Shown: positions 1-10,099, counted from the stretch's first letter. The stretch is DNA of 64,000 bases from an uncultured Alphaproteobacteria bacterium (GCA_902596605.1 CACJUU010000009.1:21364-85363); one strand, 5' to 3'. Notes: generated by a model from the sequence alone, not told the origin. A program made the numbers and translations.

Positions 1-779
1 AAGTATGTATTGTTGAAGGAATGAGTTAAGACTTCACATCCTTCCTTGCTCACAAATAACGTGTGTTCAAATTGTGCTGATAACGACTTATCCCTTGTAA
101 CCGCAGTCCAGTTGTCACTCAGAATTTTTGTTTCTGGTCGACCAATATTTACCATTGGTTCAATTGTAAAGCACATGCCACTTTCCAGCCTGGGCCCAGA
201 GCCGTGATCTCCATAGTGAAGAACATTTGGTGCTTGATGAAATTCACTTCCAATTCCGTGCCCACAGAAATCTCTAACGACAGACATCTTATTCTTTTCC
301 ACATACTCTTGTATTACTGCTCCAATATCCCCAAAGGTATTTCCAGGTTTAACGTTCTTTATTGCTAATTGGAGTGCATCATAAGTTATTTCAATTAACC
401 TTTTTGATTTTAAATTAATGTCACCTACGGTGAACATTCTGCTAGTGTCCCCATACCAACCTTCAAGAATACAGGTAACGTCTATATTTAAAATATCACC
501 ATTCTTAAGTTTTTTTCTTCCAGGAATTCCGTGACAGACTACATGGTTAAGGGAAATACAACAAGATTTTGGATAGCCTCGATAACCTAATGTTGCAGGA
601 ACCGAATTATGAGCCACAATAAAATCATGACACTTTTTGTCTAATTCTTCGGTTGTTACGCCCGGTTCAATGAATTGACCAATCATATCGAGTGTTCTTG
701 AGGCAAGATTACAGGCCTTTTTTATGCCCTTATAAGCATCTTCACCGTATATGTATATTCCGTCTTTATTCTTATGCAT
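1..779 (-). CDS. map: Methionine aminopeptidase type I (3' end runs off the left edge of the window)
   Basis: Absent from the ORF track because no stop lies in the window. My own minus-strand translation from ATG (complement of 777-779) reads MHKNKDGIYIYGEDAYKGIKKACNLASRTLD...GYRGYPKSCCISLNHVVCHGIPG...FCGHGIGSEFH...CFTIEPM...FEHT. These are typical MetAP-I motifs. Confidence 0.85.
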   Translation of the reverse strand, partial: MHKNKDGIYIYGEDAYKGIKKACNLASRTLDMIGQFIEPGVTTEELDKKCHDFIVAHNSVPATLGYRGYPKSCCISLNHVVCHGIPGRKKLKNGDILNIDVTCILEGWYGDTSRMFTVGDINLKSKRLIEITYDALQLAIKNVKPGNTFGDIGAVIQEYVEKNKMSVVRDFCGHGIGSEFHQAPNVLHYGDHGSGPRLESGMCFTIEPMVNIGRPETKILSDNWTAVTRDKSLSAQFEHTLFVSKEGCEVLTHSFNNTY

Positions 780-874
780 TTTCTAAGTAATACTTTTATA
801 TAGTGTATGATTATTATCCAATCTTTATCCAGTAAAGAGGAAACTTAATTATTAACGAAAAATTTGGAACTAAA

Positions 875-1603
875 ATGAAAACAGCCTCAATTATAATTAT
901 AGGAAATGAAATTCTCTCTGGCAGAACTAAAGATACAAATTCCAACTATTTAGCAAAAATATTAGTTAAAAAAGGCATCGCATTACGGGAAGTAAGAGTT
1001 ATTCCAGATAATCATAATATTATAAAAAGTGTTATAAATAGCGAGTCTTCTCTGAAAGATTATGTCTTCACAAGTGGCGGTATAGGTCCAACCCACGATG
1101 ATATAACCGCTGAAGCTGTTGCAAGTTCGTTTGATGTTCCTTTGATTGTGAGGGATGATGCTGTTGAGTTGCTTGCAATGAATTATAAAAATGGGAAAAA
1201 AGATCTAAATGCGGCTAGACTTAGGATGGCGAGAATTCCTGAAGGAGCTAGGCTGATAAAAAATAAAATCTCTGGAGCTCCTGGATTCATAATCAAAAAC
1301 GTTTTCGTAATGGCTGGAGTCCCACAGATCTTTGAAGCCATGGTACAGGAAATAAGTTTAGATCTAGATCAGGTTGAACCAATTCTTTCAAAGACCAAAA
1401 AAATATTTAAGAAGGAAAGTGAAATATCAGAAAGACTTTGGCAGTATGCAGATAGATACAAAGATGTCTCTATTGGGTCGTATCCTTTCAATAATTCAGG
1501 AGTATTTGGAGTGGAAATAGTTCTGAGTCATACTGACATAACTTTACTAAATAAAATTTTTGATGAAATTTTATTAGATTTTAATGAGCCAAACACCAAT
1601 TAA
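875..1603 (+). CDS. CinA-like molybdopterin-binding (MoCF) domain protein, without a PncC deamidase domain
   Basis: 242-aa ORF. The N-terminus IIIIGNEILSGRTKDTNSNYLAK...TSGGIGPTHDDIT matches the CinA/MoCF-biosynthesis fold. The 3' end overlaps the 3' end of polA by 23 nt. Confidence 0.75.
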   Translation: MKTASIIIIGNEILSGRTKDTNSNYLAKILVKKGIALREVRVIPDNHNIIKSVINSESSLKDYVFTSGGIGPTHDDITAEAVASSFDVPLIVRDDAVELLAMNYKNGKKDLNAARLRMARIPEGARLIKNKISGAPGFIIKNVFVMAGVPQIFEAMVQEISLDLDQVEPILSKTKKIFKKESEISERLWQYADRYKDVSIGSYPFNNSGVFGVEIVLSHTDITLLNKIFDEILLDFNEPNTN

Positions 1604-4346
1604 TTGCATGCCCTCCTTCAACCTTCAGGGGTACGTCCAAATCTAAATATGGTAGTGTCGCTTGTTCCATAATTTTCGAGGCTGTATTTTGTATTTTATC
1701 AATGACGTCCTTATTACTTTCAAATATTAGTTCGTCATGCACTTGCAATAAAAGGTGAGCATCTAGTTCAGAACTCTTCAGAAACTCATGTATTTTAATC
1801 ATAGCTCTTTTAATTATATCTGATGCACTACCTTGGATTGGTGCATTTATAGCAGCTCGCTCAGCAAATCCACCAATTGGACCTTTGGTCCCAATGTTTG
1901 GTAAGTGTATTTTTCTATTGAACAAGGTGGTTACAAAGCCAGTTTTCTTTGCAGTTTCTACCGTTGTGTTCATGTAGTCTCTAATTTCAGGAAATTGTCT
2001 GAAATAATCATCTATAAATTCTTGCGCTTCAGTACGAGTAATTTTAAGATTTCTTGATAGGCCAAATGCCGAAATGCCATAAATTATTCCAAAATTTATC
2101 GCCTTTGCTTTCCTTCTGAGAGACGCATCCACTTTTTCGAAAGCGACCTTAAATATTTGGGATGCGGTGCTCGCGTGAATATCAATATTGTTTTTGAATG
2201 CATCTTTAAGCCCTTTTACGTCAGCTATGTGAGCCAATAATCTCAATTCTATTTGGTTATAATCAAGGCTTAATAGCTCAGCTCCTTCTTTGGCTATAAA
2301 GGTTTCTCTGATTTTTTTGCCCTCTGTATCTCTTATAGGTATATTTTGTAGATTTGGGTCAGAGGACGACAGACGACCTGTGGATGTGCCAGCTAGATTA
2401 AAGGACGTGTGCACTCTACCTGTGAAATTATTTATATGTAACATTAGCGAGTCAGAATAAGTGGATTTCAATTTTGACGTCTTTCTCCACTCCAGGAGAT
2501 AAGATGCAATCTCAAAACCTTTCGCTGATAAGTCTTCCAATATATCCGCTCCTGTTTGAAAGCCACCAGATTTATTTTTTTTCCCACCTGGTAAATTTAA
2601 CTTTTCAAAAAGAACTTCACCCAACTGTTTTGGTGATGCAATGTTGAACTCAACTCCCACTATAGAAAATATTTTAGTTTCCAACTCTAGCAGTTTTTTT
2701 TCAAAAAATTGTGATAATCTTCGCAACTGCTCCTTGTCAACCGTAATTCCTTTTAGCTCTGAATCTACTAAAACAGGGACCATCGGCTTATCAATATTTT
2801 GATAAACACTATAAACTGATTGTTTGATAAGCTCTTTTTTCAAAATTTTCCACGCTCGAAAAGTCATATCAGCGTCCTCAGCGGCATAATCTGCTGCTAA
2901 ACTTATGGGCACATTCTGAAAGTTAAGTTCTTTCTTTCCTGATCCTATAAGATCTTTAAGTTTTATTGTTTCATGATTTAGAAGATCCTTGGCTATTGAG
3001 TCTAAGCTTTGTCTTTGTCGTCCACCATTTATACAGTGTGACATTAACATAGTGTCATCAAAAGAATTTACGTGGCATTTATATTTGCATAAAACCTTAA
3101 TGTCGTATTTTATATTGTGACCGATTTTTAATATCGTTTCGTCAGCCAAAAGTGGCTGGAGTCTTCTTAAGACCATATCTCTATCTAGTTGTTTCTGTTT
3201 TAAGTCTCTATGTTCAGGTTTATTGGTCTCATGTGCTACTGGTATATAGCACGCTTTACCAGTTCCGATACAGAGGGAAATACCTACAATTTCGGCAGAA
3301 AGAGTATCAAGGGAAGTGGTCTCAGTATCAATTGCAAAAAACTTTTGTTTCAATATTTCTTCGCACCACTTATTAAGATCATCTTCAGTTGATATTATTT
3401 CATATTTTTGTGAAGGTATTAGTTCTCTTTGGCCGTCTTTGGATATATTTGATGAATTGAATTCTTCTATTTGAGACGATATTCTTTTTGATAATGTATT
3501 TAGTTCCATTAGTTTAGTGAAAACTAGCAATTTGTTGAGATTTAGGGTTGCTAGCTCAAAATCTTGAAGGTTTGTATTAATTTCGACTGTTTTAAGTAAG
3601 GTAACGAGCTTTTTTGACAAAATTATTTTATCGATGTTGTCAGAAATCAAATTCCTTATTCTATCCTTATCAATTGCTTCATATTTCTTAACTAAGTTTT
3701 CTACAGTTTGAAACTCTGAAATCAAGCTAGAAGCAGTTTTTACGCCTACACCTGGCACACCCGGAATATTATCGACTTTATCACCAATAAGAGCTTGTAC
3801 ATCTATTACCTTGTCGGGCGTAACGCCAAACTTTTCTCGTACCCTATCAATATCAATGAAAATATTTCTTATAGGGTCGTACATTTTTATGTCGTCCGAA
3901 ACAAGTTGCATCAAGTCTTTGTCCGATGAGAAGATCGTTACAATAGCACCCTCATCAGTTGCCTTCTTAGCCAGTGTTGCAATTATGTCGTCAGCTTCAT
4001 ACCCCTTCTTATCAATTGCTAAAAAACCAAATGCTTCGGTAGCATCTCTTATTAACTGAAACTGTGGTACCAAGTCATCGGGAGGAGGGGGCCTATTTGC
4101 TTTGTAATCCGGATAAATATTGGACCTAAATGTTTTGTCTTTATGGTCAAATACAACGGCAATATGAGTCGCTTTAAATTCCTTAATCTCATTTATTAAT
4201 TTAAAGAGCATATTGCAATAACCTGAAACCGCTCCCGTAGGTGTTCCATCAGACTTCGTAAGAGGTGGGAGAGCATGATACGCTCTAAATATAAATCCCG
4301 AGCCATCTACCAAAATAAGATGCTTCTCAGAGTTAAGATTATTCAC
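1581..4346 (-). CDS. polA: DNA polymerase I
   Basis: 921 aa. It has a 5'-nuclease N-terminus (LILVDGSGFIFRAYHALP), a 3'-5' exonuclease block (FAIDTETTSLD) and family-A polymerase motifs (RRKAKAINFGIIYG, QVHDELIFE). The C-terminus ...WCLAH is typical. The start is GTG, 3 nt after the upstream stop. Confidence 0.97.
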   Translation of the reverse strand: MNNLNSEKHLILVDGSGFIFRAYHALPPLTKSDGTPTGAVSGYCNMLFKLINEIKEFKATHIAVVFDHKDKTFRSNIYPDYKANRPPPPDDLVPQFQLIRDATEAFGFLAIDKKGYEADDIIATLAKKATDEGAIVTIFSSDKDLMQLVSDDIKMYDPIRNIFIDIDRVREKFGVTPDKVIDVQALIGDKVDNIPGVPGVGVKTASSLISEFQTVENLVKKYEAIDKDRIRNLISDNIDKIILSKKLVTLLKTVEINTNLQDFELATLNLNKLLVFTKLMELNTLSKRISSQIEEFNSSNISKDGQRELIPSQKYEIISTEDDLNKWCEEILKQKFFAIDTETTSLDTLSAEIVGISLCIGTGKACYIPVAHETNKPEHRDLKQKQLDRDMVLRRLQPLLADETILKIGHNIKYDIKVLCKYKCHVNSFDDTMLMSHCINGGRQRQSLDSIAKDLLNHETIKLKDLIGSGKKELNFQNVPISLAADYAAEDADMTFRAWKILKKELIKQSVYSVYQNIDKPMVPVLVDSELKGITVDKEQLRRLSQFFEKKLLELETKIFSIVGVEFNIASPKQLGEVLFEKLNLPGGKKNKSGGFQTGADILEDLSAKGFEIASYLLEWRKTSKLKSTYSDSLMLHINNFTGRVHTSFNLAGTSTGRLSSSDPNLQNIPIRDTEGKKIRETFIAKEGAELLSLDYNQIELRLLAHIADVKGLKDAFKNNIDIHASTASQIFKVAFEKVDASLRRKAKAINFGIIYGISAFGLSRNLKITRTEAQEFIDDYFRQFPEIRDYMNTTVETAKKTGFVTTLFNRKIHLPNIGTKGPIGGFAERAAINAPIQGSASDIIKRAMIKIHEFLKSSELDAHLLLQVHDELIFESNKDVIDKIQNTASKIMEQATLPYLDLDVPLKVEGGHAINWCLAH

Positions 4347-4349
4347 AAT

Positions 4350-4517
4350 CTAGTCCTTTGGTGGTTGATACGAAAATCTCCGCTCGCAGTAAGGGCAGTC
4401 TATAAAATTCTCTGTCTCTTTTATTTTTAGCCATACTTTAGGGTGATTGCTTCCTTTGCTATCATCACCATTACATGATACAACAATTTTGTTAGTAATT
4501 ATAACTTCTTTCGACAT
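4350..4517 (-). CDS. Small zinc-finger protein, zf-CHCC / NDUFS6-like domain
   Basis: The internal Met of the 75-aa track ORF gives a 55-aa protein, MSKEVIITNKIVVSCNGDD..HPKVWLKI...CPYCERRF. This is the CHCC zinc-knuckle pattern common in Alphaproteobacteria. The start is placed at ATG (complement of 4515-4517). Confidence 0.7.
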   Translation of the reverse strand: MSKEVIITNKIVVSCNGDDSKGSNHPKVWLKIKETENFIDCPYCERRFSYQPPKD

Positions 4518-4575
4518 GACAAAAAAATAACATATTTTATGTCTAATACTACTATAAAAGTGAAGAGTAAATATC

Positions 4576-5520
4576 ATGAGAACAGAATTAACAGAGCTTG
4601 GTCTGGAGGTTCAAAATTTAAATAAGGTATATAAAGGTTATGATAAAAGTGAGCCAGTTGTTGCCCTTAAAAATCTAAGCTTACAAGTAAAAAAAGGTGC
4701 TTTCTTTGGCCTTTTAGGACCGAATGGTGCGGGCAAGTCAACTCTGATAAATATATTAGCAGGACTAGTGATTAAGACATCTGGAAAAGTAAAAATTAGA
4801 AATATTGACCAGGATATCAATGTAAGAGAATTTAAGAGAAGTATTGGGGTAGTTCCACAAGAAACAAACTTTGATCCATTTTTAACGCCCTATGAAAGTC
4901 TAGATATACAAGCGGGTCTTTACGGTGTCAAAAAGTCAGAAAGGAATATTAACCAGTTATTAAAAAGACTTGGTTTAGAGGGAAAGTCTAACGCTTATAT
5001 GAGATCCCTTTCTGGTGGAATGAGGAGGAGGTTGCTTATTGGTAAAGCTCTTGTTCACGCGCCAGAGGTAGTAATTTTGGATGAGCCCACAGCCGGCGTA
5101 GATATTGAGCTAAGAGAAATGTTGTGGGATTATATGAAAGATTTAAATGCAAATGGAACAACTATTATCTTGACGACCCATTATTTAGAAGAGGCTCAAG
5201 CTCTTTGTGAAAAAATAGCGATCTTAAATAAGGGTGAATTAATTGCTTGTAATGACACAAGTGATTTGCTTGCTAGAGTGAATCTAAAAGTTATAAATAT
5301 TAAATACAGCAATTTAAATCTAAAGAAAATAAACCTTCCTGATAAAGCAAGCATAAAAGAACATAAAAATCAAAAATTATCCATATCTTATGACAGAAAT
5401 GAAATTAAAACAGATCAATTGCTTGATTGCTTAAGATCTCAGGGAATTATAATGATGGATCTCTCAACAGAGGAAGCCGATTTAGCTGATGTTTTTAGAC
5501 TATTAACAAAGAATAATTAG
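4576..5520 (+). CDS. ABC transporter ATP-binding protein (ABC-2/CcmA-like, single NBD with a C-terminal extension)
   Basis: Walker A GPNGAGKST, signature LSGGMRRRL, Walker B VVILDEPTAGVD and the H-loop TTHY are all present. No permease gene is adjacent. Confidence 0.85.
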   Translation: MRTELTELGLEVQNLNKVYKGYDKSEPVVALKNLSLQVKKGAFFGLLGPNGAGKSTLINILAGLVIKTSGKVKIRNIDQDINVREFKRSIGVVPQETNFDPFLTPYESLDIQAGLYGVKKSERNINQLLKRLGLEGKSNAYMRSLSGGMRRRLLIGKALVHAPEVVILDEPTAGVDIELREMLWDYMKDLNANGTTIILTTHYLEEAQALCEKIAILNKGELIACNDTSDLLARVNLKVINIKYSNLNLKKINLPDKASIKEHKNQKLSISYDRNEIKTDQLLDCLRSQGIIMMDLSTEEADLADVFRLLTKNN

Positions 5521-5523
5521 CCG

Positions 5524-6513
5524 CTAACTCATAACCACGTTCTTCAAACTTTTTTCTACCCTAGGGCCGTAAACTTTTAGCACTTCACCGGCAATAACAT
5601 TTCCAAAAGCAGCACACTTTTCAAAGGTAAAATGTTTAGAAAGTCCATATAAAAATCCTGCAGCAAAACTATCCCCCGCTCCCGTAGTATCTACTACAGC
5701 TACTTTGTTTGTTGAAATTTCGCTTGAAGATGACCCATGAAATAAATAAGCACCCCTTTCTGCACAAGTACAGGCCACGCAACTTATAGAGTCATCAATA
5801 AATTCCTTGGCCTTTTTAATATCATCAATCTGGTAAAGCGATTTTAATTCATCCTCATTACAAAACACCATGTCCGCGGACACACTCAAGAGATAGATAA
5901 AATCAGACCGATGTCGATCAACACAAAAACTATCAGACAGGGTAAGCGCAATTTTTGTTTTATTTTTTTTTGCAATTTCAATAGCTTTATAAAAAGCCTT
6001 TTTACTTTTTTGCCCATCAAATCGATATCCTTCAAGATACAACCATTCACTTTGGGCAATAAGCTCTTCATCTATATCAATATCGGTGAGAAATTCTGTA
6101 GCTCCAAGATAAGTGTTCATCGTCCTTTCTTTATCAGGCGTGATCAAAACGATGCATTTACCAGTTGCTTCAGTATAGCCTTTATCCAGAAATTCTGTGT
6201 TATAAAATATTGAGTTGTCTAACAAATCTTTTTTGAATAACTTACCTTTAGGATCATCAGCAATTTTTCCAATATAGCCGGTTTTTAAACCTAGCTTTGC
6301 TAGAGTTGAAATTGTATTGGCTGCAGATCCTCCCGCAGTCTCTTTGATTGGTTGAACTAATTTTAAAATATTATTTGATCTTTCCCTGGATACTAGGTTC
6401 ATAACTCCCTTCGAGATTCCTTCTTGGCTAAGAAACTGTTCGGGTACCTCACAAACGAGATCTAGCATTGCGTTTCCTATCGCTGTCACGCTGTATTTTT
6501 TAGTGTCTACCAT
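5524..6513 (-). CDS. PfkB-family carbohydrate/nucleoside kinase, adenosine-kinase-like
   Basis: 329 aa. AIGNAMLDLV...GGSAANT at the N-terminus and DTTGAGDSFAAGFLYG near the C-terminus are PfkB signatures. The overall layout resembles alphaproteobacterial adenosine kinases. Confidence 0.75.
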   Translation of the reverse strand: MVDTKKYSVTAIGNAMLDLVCEVPEQFLSQEGISKGVMNLVSRERSNNILKLVQPIKETAGGSAANTISTLAKLGLKTGYIGKIADDPKGKLFKKDLLDNSIFYNTEFLDKGYTEATGKCIVLITPDKERTMNTYLGATEFLTDIDIDEELIAQSEWLYLEGYRFDGQKSKKAFYKAIEIAKKNKTKIALTLSDSFCVDRHRSDFIYLLSVSADMVFCNEDELKSLYQIDDIKKAKEFIDDSISCVACTCAERGAYLFHGSSSSEISTNKVAVVDTTGAGDSFAAGFLYGLSKHFTFEKCAAFGNVIAGEVLKVYGPRVEKSLKNVVMS

Positions 6514-6580
6514 AAGTATTGTAATTTTCTTTTTAAAGGATCTACGACTTAAATAAAATTTAGAAAGTATTCCTAAAACT

Positions 6581-7189
6581 CTAACTGTAAACTTTCTTTA
6601 AACCTTCTTCTATTGACTGGATGGATGAGTCAAATTGGTTATCATAATCACTACTTGATAAGCTTTTGGATAACTTCATTCGGACTTTTTCAATGCTCAA
6701 ATTTATTGCGCGACCTTCTATCTCCTCGAGAATTTTTCTTTCACTTGACATTACTTGTCCTTCGGCAGAAATGAGTTTATTTTTCATTAGTTCCTCAATA
6801 TTTTTTTTGGCCTTTTCTTCGTCATCTTCTGCTCGAGATTTGGCACTTTGTACCATTTGTCCAATTGTTTCACTTGTTTTTATATGATCGGCCTCAATCG
6901 AGGAGAGAATTTTCTTTGCTTCTTCCAATATTTCTCCAGCCTTCTCAATTTCATTTTGAATATCATTAGATCTCTTGTCTAAGAAAGCTCCAACAATGGA
7001 GGGTACTTTAAAATAGACTAAGACTCCCACAAATATCAAAAAGGAAATTAAAACAACAAAATCTGTATTATCTAAACTAATTAATTTTTTTGAGCCAGCA
7101 GCATAACTTACCCCACATGAAAGGATAAAAGCTGGAAGCGTTATCTTTAAAGCTTTAATGTTTAATCTAAGTCGTCTGAATATTTTCAT
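6581..7189 (-). CDS. atpF: ATP synthase F0 subunit b
   Basis: One transmembrane helix is followed by a long charged coiled coil. It is the last gene of the atpI-B-E-F'-F string. Confidence 0.8.
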   Translation of the reverse strand: MKIFRRLRLNIKALKITLPAFILSCGVSYAAGSKKLISLDNTDFVVLISFLIFVGVLVYFKVPSIVGAFLDKRSNDIQNEIEKAGEILEEAKKILSSIEADHIKTSETIGQMVQSAKSRAEDDEEKAKKNIEELMKNKLISAEGQVMSSERKILEEIEGRAINLSIEKVRMKLSKSLSSSDYDNQFDSSIQSIEEGLKKVYS

Positions 7190-7195
7190 TTAAAT

Positions 7196-7666
7196 CTACT
7201 TCCCTATGGAAATCTTACTAATTATTTCGGATGCTAATTCTTCTGATATTTTTTCGATTGCAGCCTCAGAACCATCTCTAAGCTCTTTCAACCTTCCTTC
7301 TGCTTCACTTATAAGTTGAGTAGTAGCGATTTTACTATCCTCTAATGCTAAGGCCATTTGTTCTTTAATAATGTTTCCACTAGCATTCATAATTTCATCG
7401 CATTGAGATTTAGCTTTTTGAAGTTCTTCTTCAATCTGCTTCTCTATCTCACTCACTCTTAGCCTAATTTCTTCAGCTTTTGCCACGTTTCCATCAATAA
7501 TTTTTCTTCGATTTGCAAAAATATCCTCCATCCGTGGAATAATAAAAAACTTTACAATGGCAAACAAAACCACGCAAAAAACAACCAACCAAAATATTTG
7601 GTTAGGGAAGGTGGAGAAATCCAGTTGAGGCATCCCCACCGCGCTATTATCTGAATTGGAAGCCAT
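7196..7666 (-). CDS. ATP synthase F0 subunit b'
   Basis: The MPQLDFSTFPNQIFWLVVFCVVLF N-terminus is typical of alphaproteobacterial b'. A coiled-coil tail follows. The position between atpE and atpF fits. Confidence 0.8.
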   Translation of the reverse strand: MASNSDNSAVGMPQLDFSTFPNQIFWLVVFCVVLFAIVKFFIIPRMEDIFANRRKIIDGNVAKAEEIRLRVSEIEKQIEEELQKAKSQCDEIMNASGNIIKEQMALALEDSKIATTQLISEAEGRLKELRDGSEAAIEKISEELASEIISKISIGK

Positions 7667-7683
7667 TTAGAATTAGTATTTAA

Positions 7684-7923
7684 TCACATTGCATACATAA
7701 GCAGTAATGCAACTAAAAAGCTAAAAATGCCTAAAGCTTCTGCAAATGCAATACCAATAAACATTGTAGCTGTCTGACCAGAAGCAGCGCTTGGGTTTCT
7801 TAGTGCTCCCGAAAGAAAATTTCCTACTACGTGTCCAACTCCTATCGCTGCCCCGCCCATTCCTGTACAAGCGAGACCTGCTCCTATAAGCTTTCCCATT
7901 TCTACTAAGTTTCCTTCAACCAT
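7684..7923 (-). CDS. atpE: ATP synthase F0 subunit c
   Basis: The internal start [18 protein letters not shown]...LRNPSAA...[16 protein letters not shown] gives 79 aa. A strong AAGGAG lies 7 nt upstream. The longer track ORF is an artefactual N-terminal extension. Confidence 0.95.
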   Translation of the reverse strand: MVEGNLVEMGKLIGAGLACTGMGGAAIGVGHVVGNFLSGALRNPSAASGQTATMFIGIAFAEALGIFSFLVALLLMYAM

Positions 7924-7951
7924 AATATTGCTCCTTTTAAAAAAATTATAA

Positions 7952-8695
7952 TTAGTGACCTGGATGCAAAGCATCATTTAAATAAACACAAGTTAAAATA
8001 GTAAACACATACGCCTGTATTACTACAACAAGCATTTCTAGACCGTAAACTGCTGTAATCGCGAATATAGGCGCTATCGCGCCTAGTCCTAAGGCCCCAG
8101 CAAAGCCTGCAAATACCTTTATCACTGCGTGTCCAGCCATCATGTTGCCGGCAAGTCTTATAGAGTGACTCACAGGTCTTACAAAATATGATATTACTTC
8201 TATTATTAAAAGTATTGGCCTTAAAGCTAAAGGAGCACTACTTATCCAAAACAGACTTAAAAATCCTATCCCATTCTTCACAAAGCCGATAATTGTAACT
8301 GCAATAAATACGGAAAGTGCTAGAAATCCTGTCACAGCGATATGGCTGGTATAGGTAAAACTGTAGGGTAATAGCCCTAGAACGTTCCCAAACAATATTA
8401 GAATAAAAACTGTAAATATGTAGGGAAAGTATCTCAGCCCTTCTTGTCCTGCTATATCGATGATCATATCTCTAATGAAGAAATACATTAGCTCTGCAAT
8501 AGACTGTAGCCGACCAGGAACCAACTGATGCTTCCGTGATCCGTAAATAAAGACAAATGAGATCGACACCAGACTTATTAGCATCCATAATGCTTGGTTC
8601 GTAAAAGAATACCACTCCAAGCTGTCTCCCGTAAGAATAGGGTCGATGATGAATTGATCCATCGGGTGAATATTAAAAGCTGACTGTTTTTCCAT
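7952..8695 (-). CDS. atpB: ATP synthase F0 subunit a
   Basis: 247 aa and polytopic. It contains the conserved [14 protein letters not shown] motif. Confidence 0.95.
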   Translation of the reverse strand: MEKQSAFNIHPMDQFIIDPILTGDSLEWYSFTNQALWMLISLVSISFVFIYGSRKHQLVPGRLQSIAELMYFFIRDMIIDIAGQEGLRYFPYIFTVFILILFGNVLGLLPYSFTYTSHIAVTGFLALSVFIAVTIIGFVKNGIGFLSLFWISSAPLALRPILLIIEVISYFVRPVSHSIRLAGNMMAGHAVIKVFAGFAGALGLGAIAPIFAITAVYGLEMLVVVIQAYVFTILTCVYLNDALHPGH

Positions 8696-8709
8696 CTATC
8701 TATGCATCA

Positions 8710-9003
8710 TCAATTGTTTGTTTCATTCATCTTTTTTGCCGTAGATATCATTGTTTTAACTCCAGCCATAAAGCCAAGTAGAGAAAATACTATCAAAAAT
8801 ATGGGTTCGCTCCCTACGATATAATCGAGTGCCATTCCTAAGCTCACCCCTAAAACCATTCCTGTGACAAGCTCAATTACCATTCTCCATCCGTCGTTTT
8901 GAACTTTTAGCCGTTTGGGCCTATTTTCCTTTTTTCTAGACTTAAATTCCTCTATTTTCCTATCTAATTGATCCAAATTTTCTTTTTTGGAGAATTCATT
9001 CAT
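8710..9003 (-). CDS. AtpI/AtpZ-like ATP synthase protein I
   Basis: A small two-TM protein (WRMVIELVTGMVLGVSLGMALD...FLIVFSLLGFMAGV) lies directly upstream of atpB. The start is taken at the internal ATG (complement of 9001-9003). Confidence 0.65.
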   Translation of the reverse strand: MNEFSKKENLDQLDRKIEEFKSRKKENRPKRLKVQNDGWRMVIELVTGMVLGVSLGMALDYIVGSEPIFLIVFSLLGFMAGVKTMISTAKKMNETNN

Positions 9004-9077
9004 CGTAAGTTTCTTAATGTTTCTAACTAAGTGAACGTTATAAACACATGCAAGTCTAGTCAACCCTAATTTAAGAG

Positions 9078-9653
9078 TTACATACACTTTTTAAGTTGCC
9101 TATCGAATATTTTTTTACTGAGTGCCGTTTTTTTTGCCACCTCTAACAGAGCTTTTTTAGTTTTGTACGCCCCTGTTTTAAATCCTGCCTGACCTTGGTG
9201 ATAGGCAAGATATTGAAGATATGCATTACTTTTTGATATTCCCAATAATCTATTAGTTTTGTTTATATACCATCCGATAAAGTTTGTTGAGTGTGCGAAA
9301 TTAGATCTTCTATGGTATTTGTGTCCTGTGCTCTTTTTATATTCTTTCCAAGTTCCATCAAGTGCTTGCGAATATCCGTAGGCTGATGAAATCCTACCTG
9401 TGGGAATGACCCCGAGAAAATATTTCCTTGGAGTGCGAGCAGTCGGTCTGAAATTAGACTCTGTTTTTATAAATGCAAGTTGCATTCCTGGGCTGACCCC
9501 CCATTTTCTTTCAGTCTTCTTTAACGCAGATCTCCAACTTTTCTTTTGCTTTATTATTGAGCAAGCGTCCCCTTGATTGTTTGGAACATTCATGCAGCCA
9601 GATATAACGAGGTAATTAAAAGCAATAAAAATGAGAAAAGTTTTTTTTAGCAT
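9078..9653 (-). CDS. Putative lipoprotein with an SLT-like lytic transglycosylase core
   Basis: The signal peptide carries a lipobox (LVISGC). FIKTESNF...AYGYSQALDGTW resembles the E-S catalytic motif and the following helix of SLT domains. Confidence 0.5.
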   Translation of the reverse strand: MLKKTFLIFIAFNYLVISGCMNVPNNQGDACSIIKQKKSWRSALKKTERKWGVSPGMQLAFIKTESNFRPTARTPRKYFLGVIPTGRISSAYGYSQALDGTWKEYKKSTGHKYHRRSNFAHSTNFIGWYINKTNRLLGISKSNAYLQYLAYHQGQAGFKTGAYKTKKALLEVAKKTALSKKIFDRQLKKCM

Positions 9654-9765
9654 AGAAAGTTATTGTATTTGGATTGCTAGTTAATTTATTATTAATCTTA
9701 TCACTTGTAACTTTTTTAAATTCGATTATTTAAAAGTCAAAGGTTTTGGTCTAAAAGGTAAAAAA

Positions 9766-10092
9766 ATGCTTAATAGAAATGCAAAATTTTCCATAGGCGA
9801 GGTTGTAAAACATCGTATACATCCTTTCAGAGGAGTTATATTTGACGTAGATCCTACTTTTGATAATACGGAAGAATGGTGGAACTCTATCCCAGAAAAT
9901 CATAGACCTAAAAAGGATCAACCATTTTACCATCTTTTGGCTGAGAACGATTCAAGTTATTATATCGCCTACGTGTCGGAACAAAACTTACTTTACGATG
10001 ACAGTGGAGAACCAGTTGGGCACCCTGAGGTGAAGCAACTATTCGGTAGCTTGTCTGAAGGAAGATATCTTTTATCTGATATAATGCATTGA
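9766..10092 (+). CDS. hspQ: Heat-shock protein HspQ / hemimethylated-DNA-binding YccV family
   Basis: 108 aa. FSIGEVVKHRIHPFRGVIFDVDP...YHLLAE is the YccV-domain pattern. Confidence 0.8.
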   Translation: MLNRNAKFSIGEVVKHRIHPFRGVIFDVDPTFDNTEEWWNSIPENHRPKKDQPFYHLLAENDSSYYIAYVSEQNLLYDDSGEPVGHPEVKQLFGSLSEGRYLLSDIMH

Positions 10093-10099
10093 TAGCAAA

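Noticed and set aside
7924-7977. N-terminal extensions in the ORF track for atpE, and likewise for mdh (to 21307), nfu (to 38335), atpI-like (to 9087), zf-CHCC (to 4577), dapA (to 48137) and ecm (to 28729)
   Set aside because: Homology-consistent N-termini and Shine-Dalgarno-like sequences support the internal ATGs. The extensions overlap upstream genes or add non-conserved residues.
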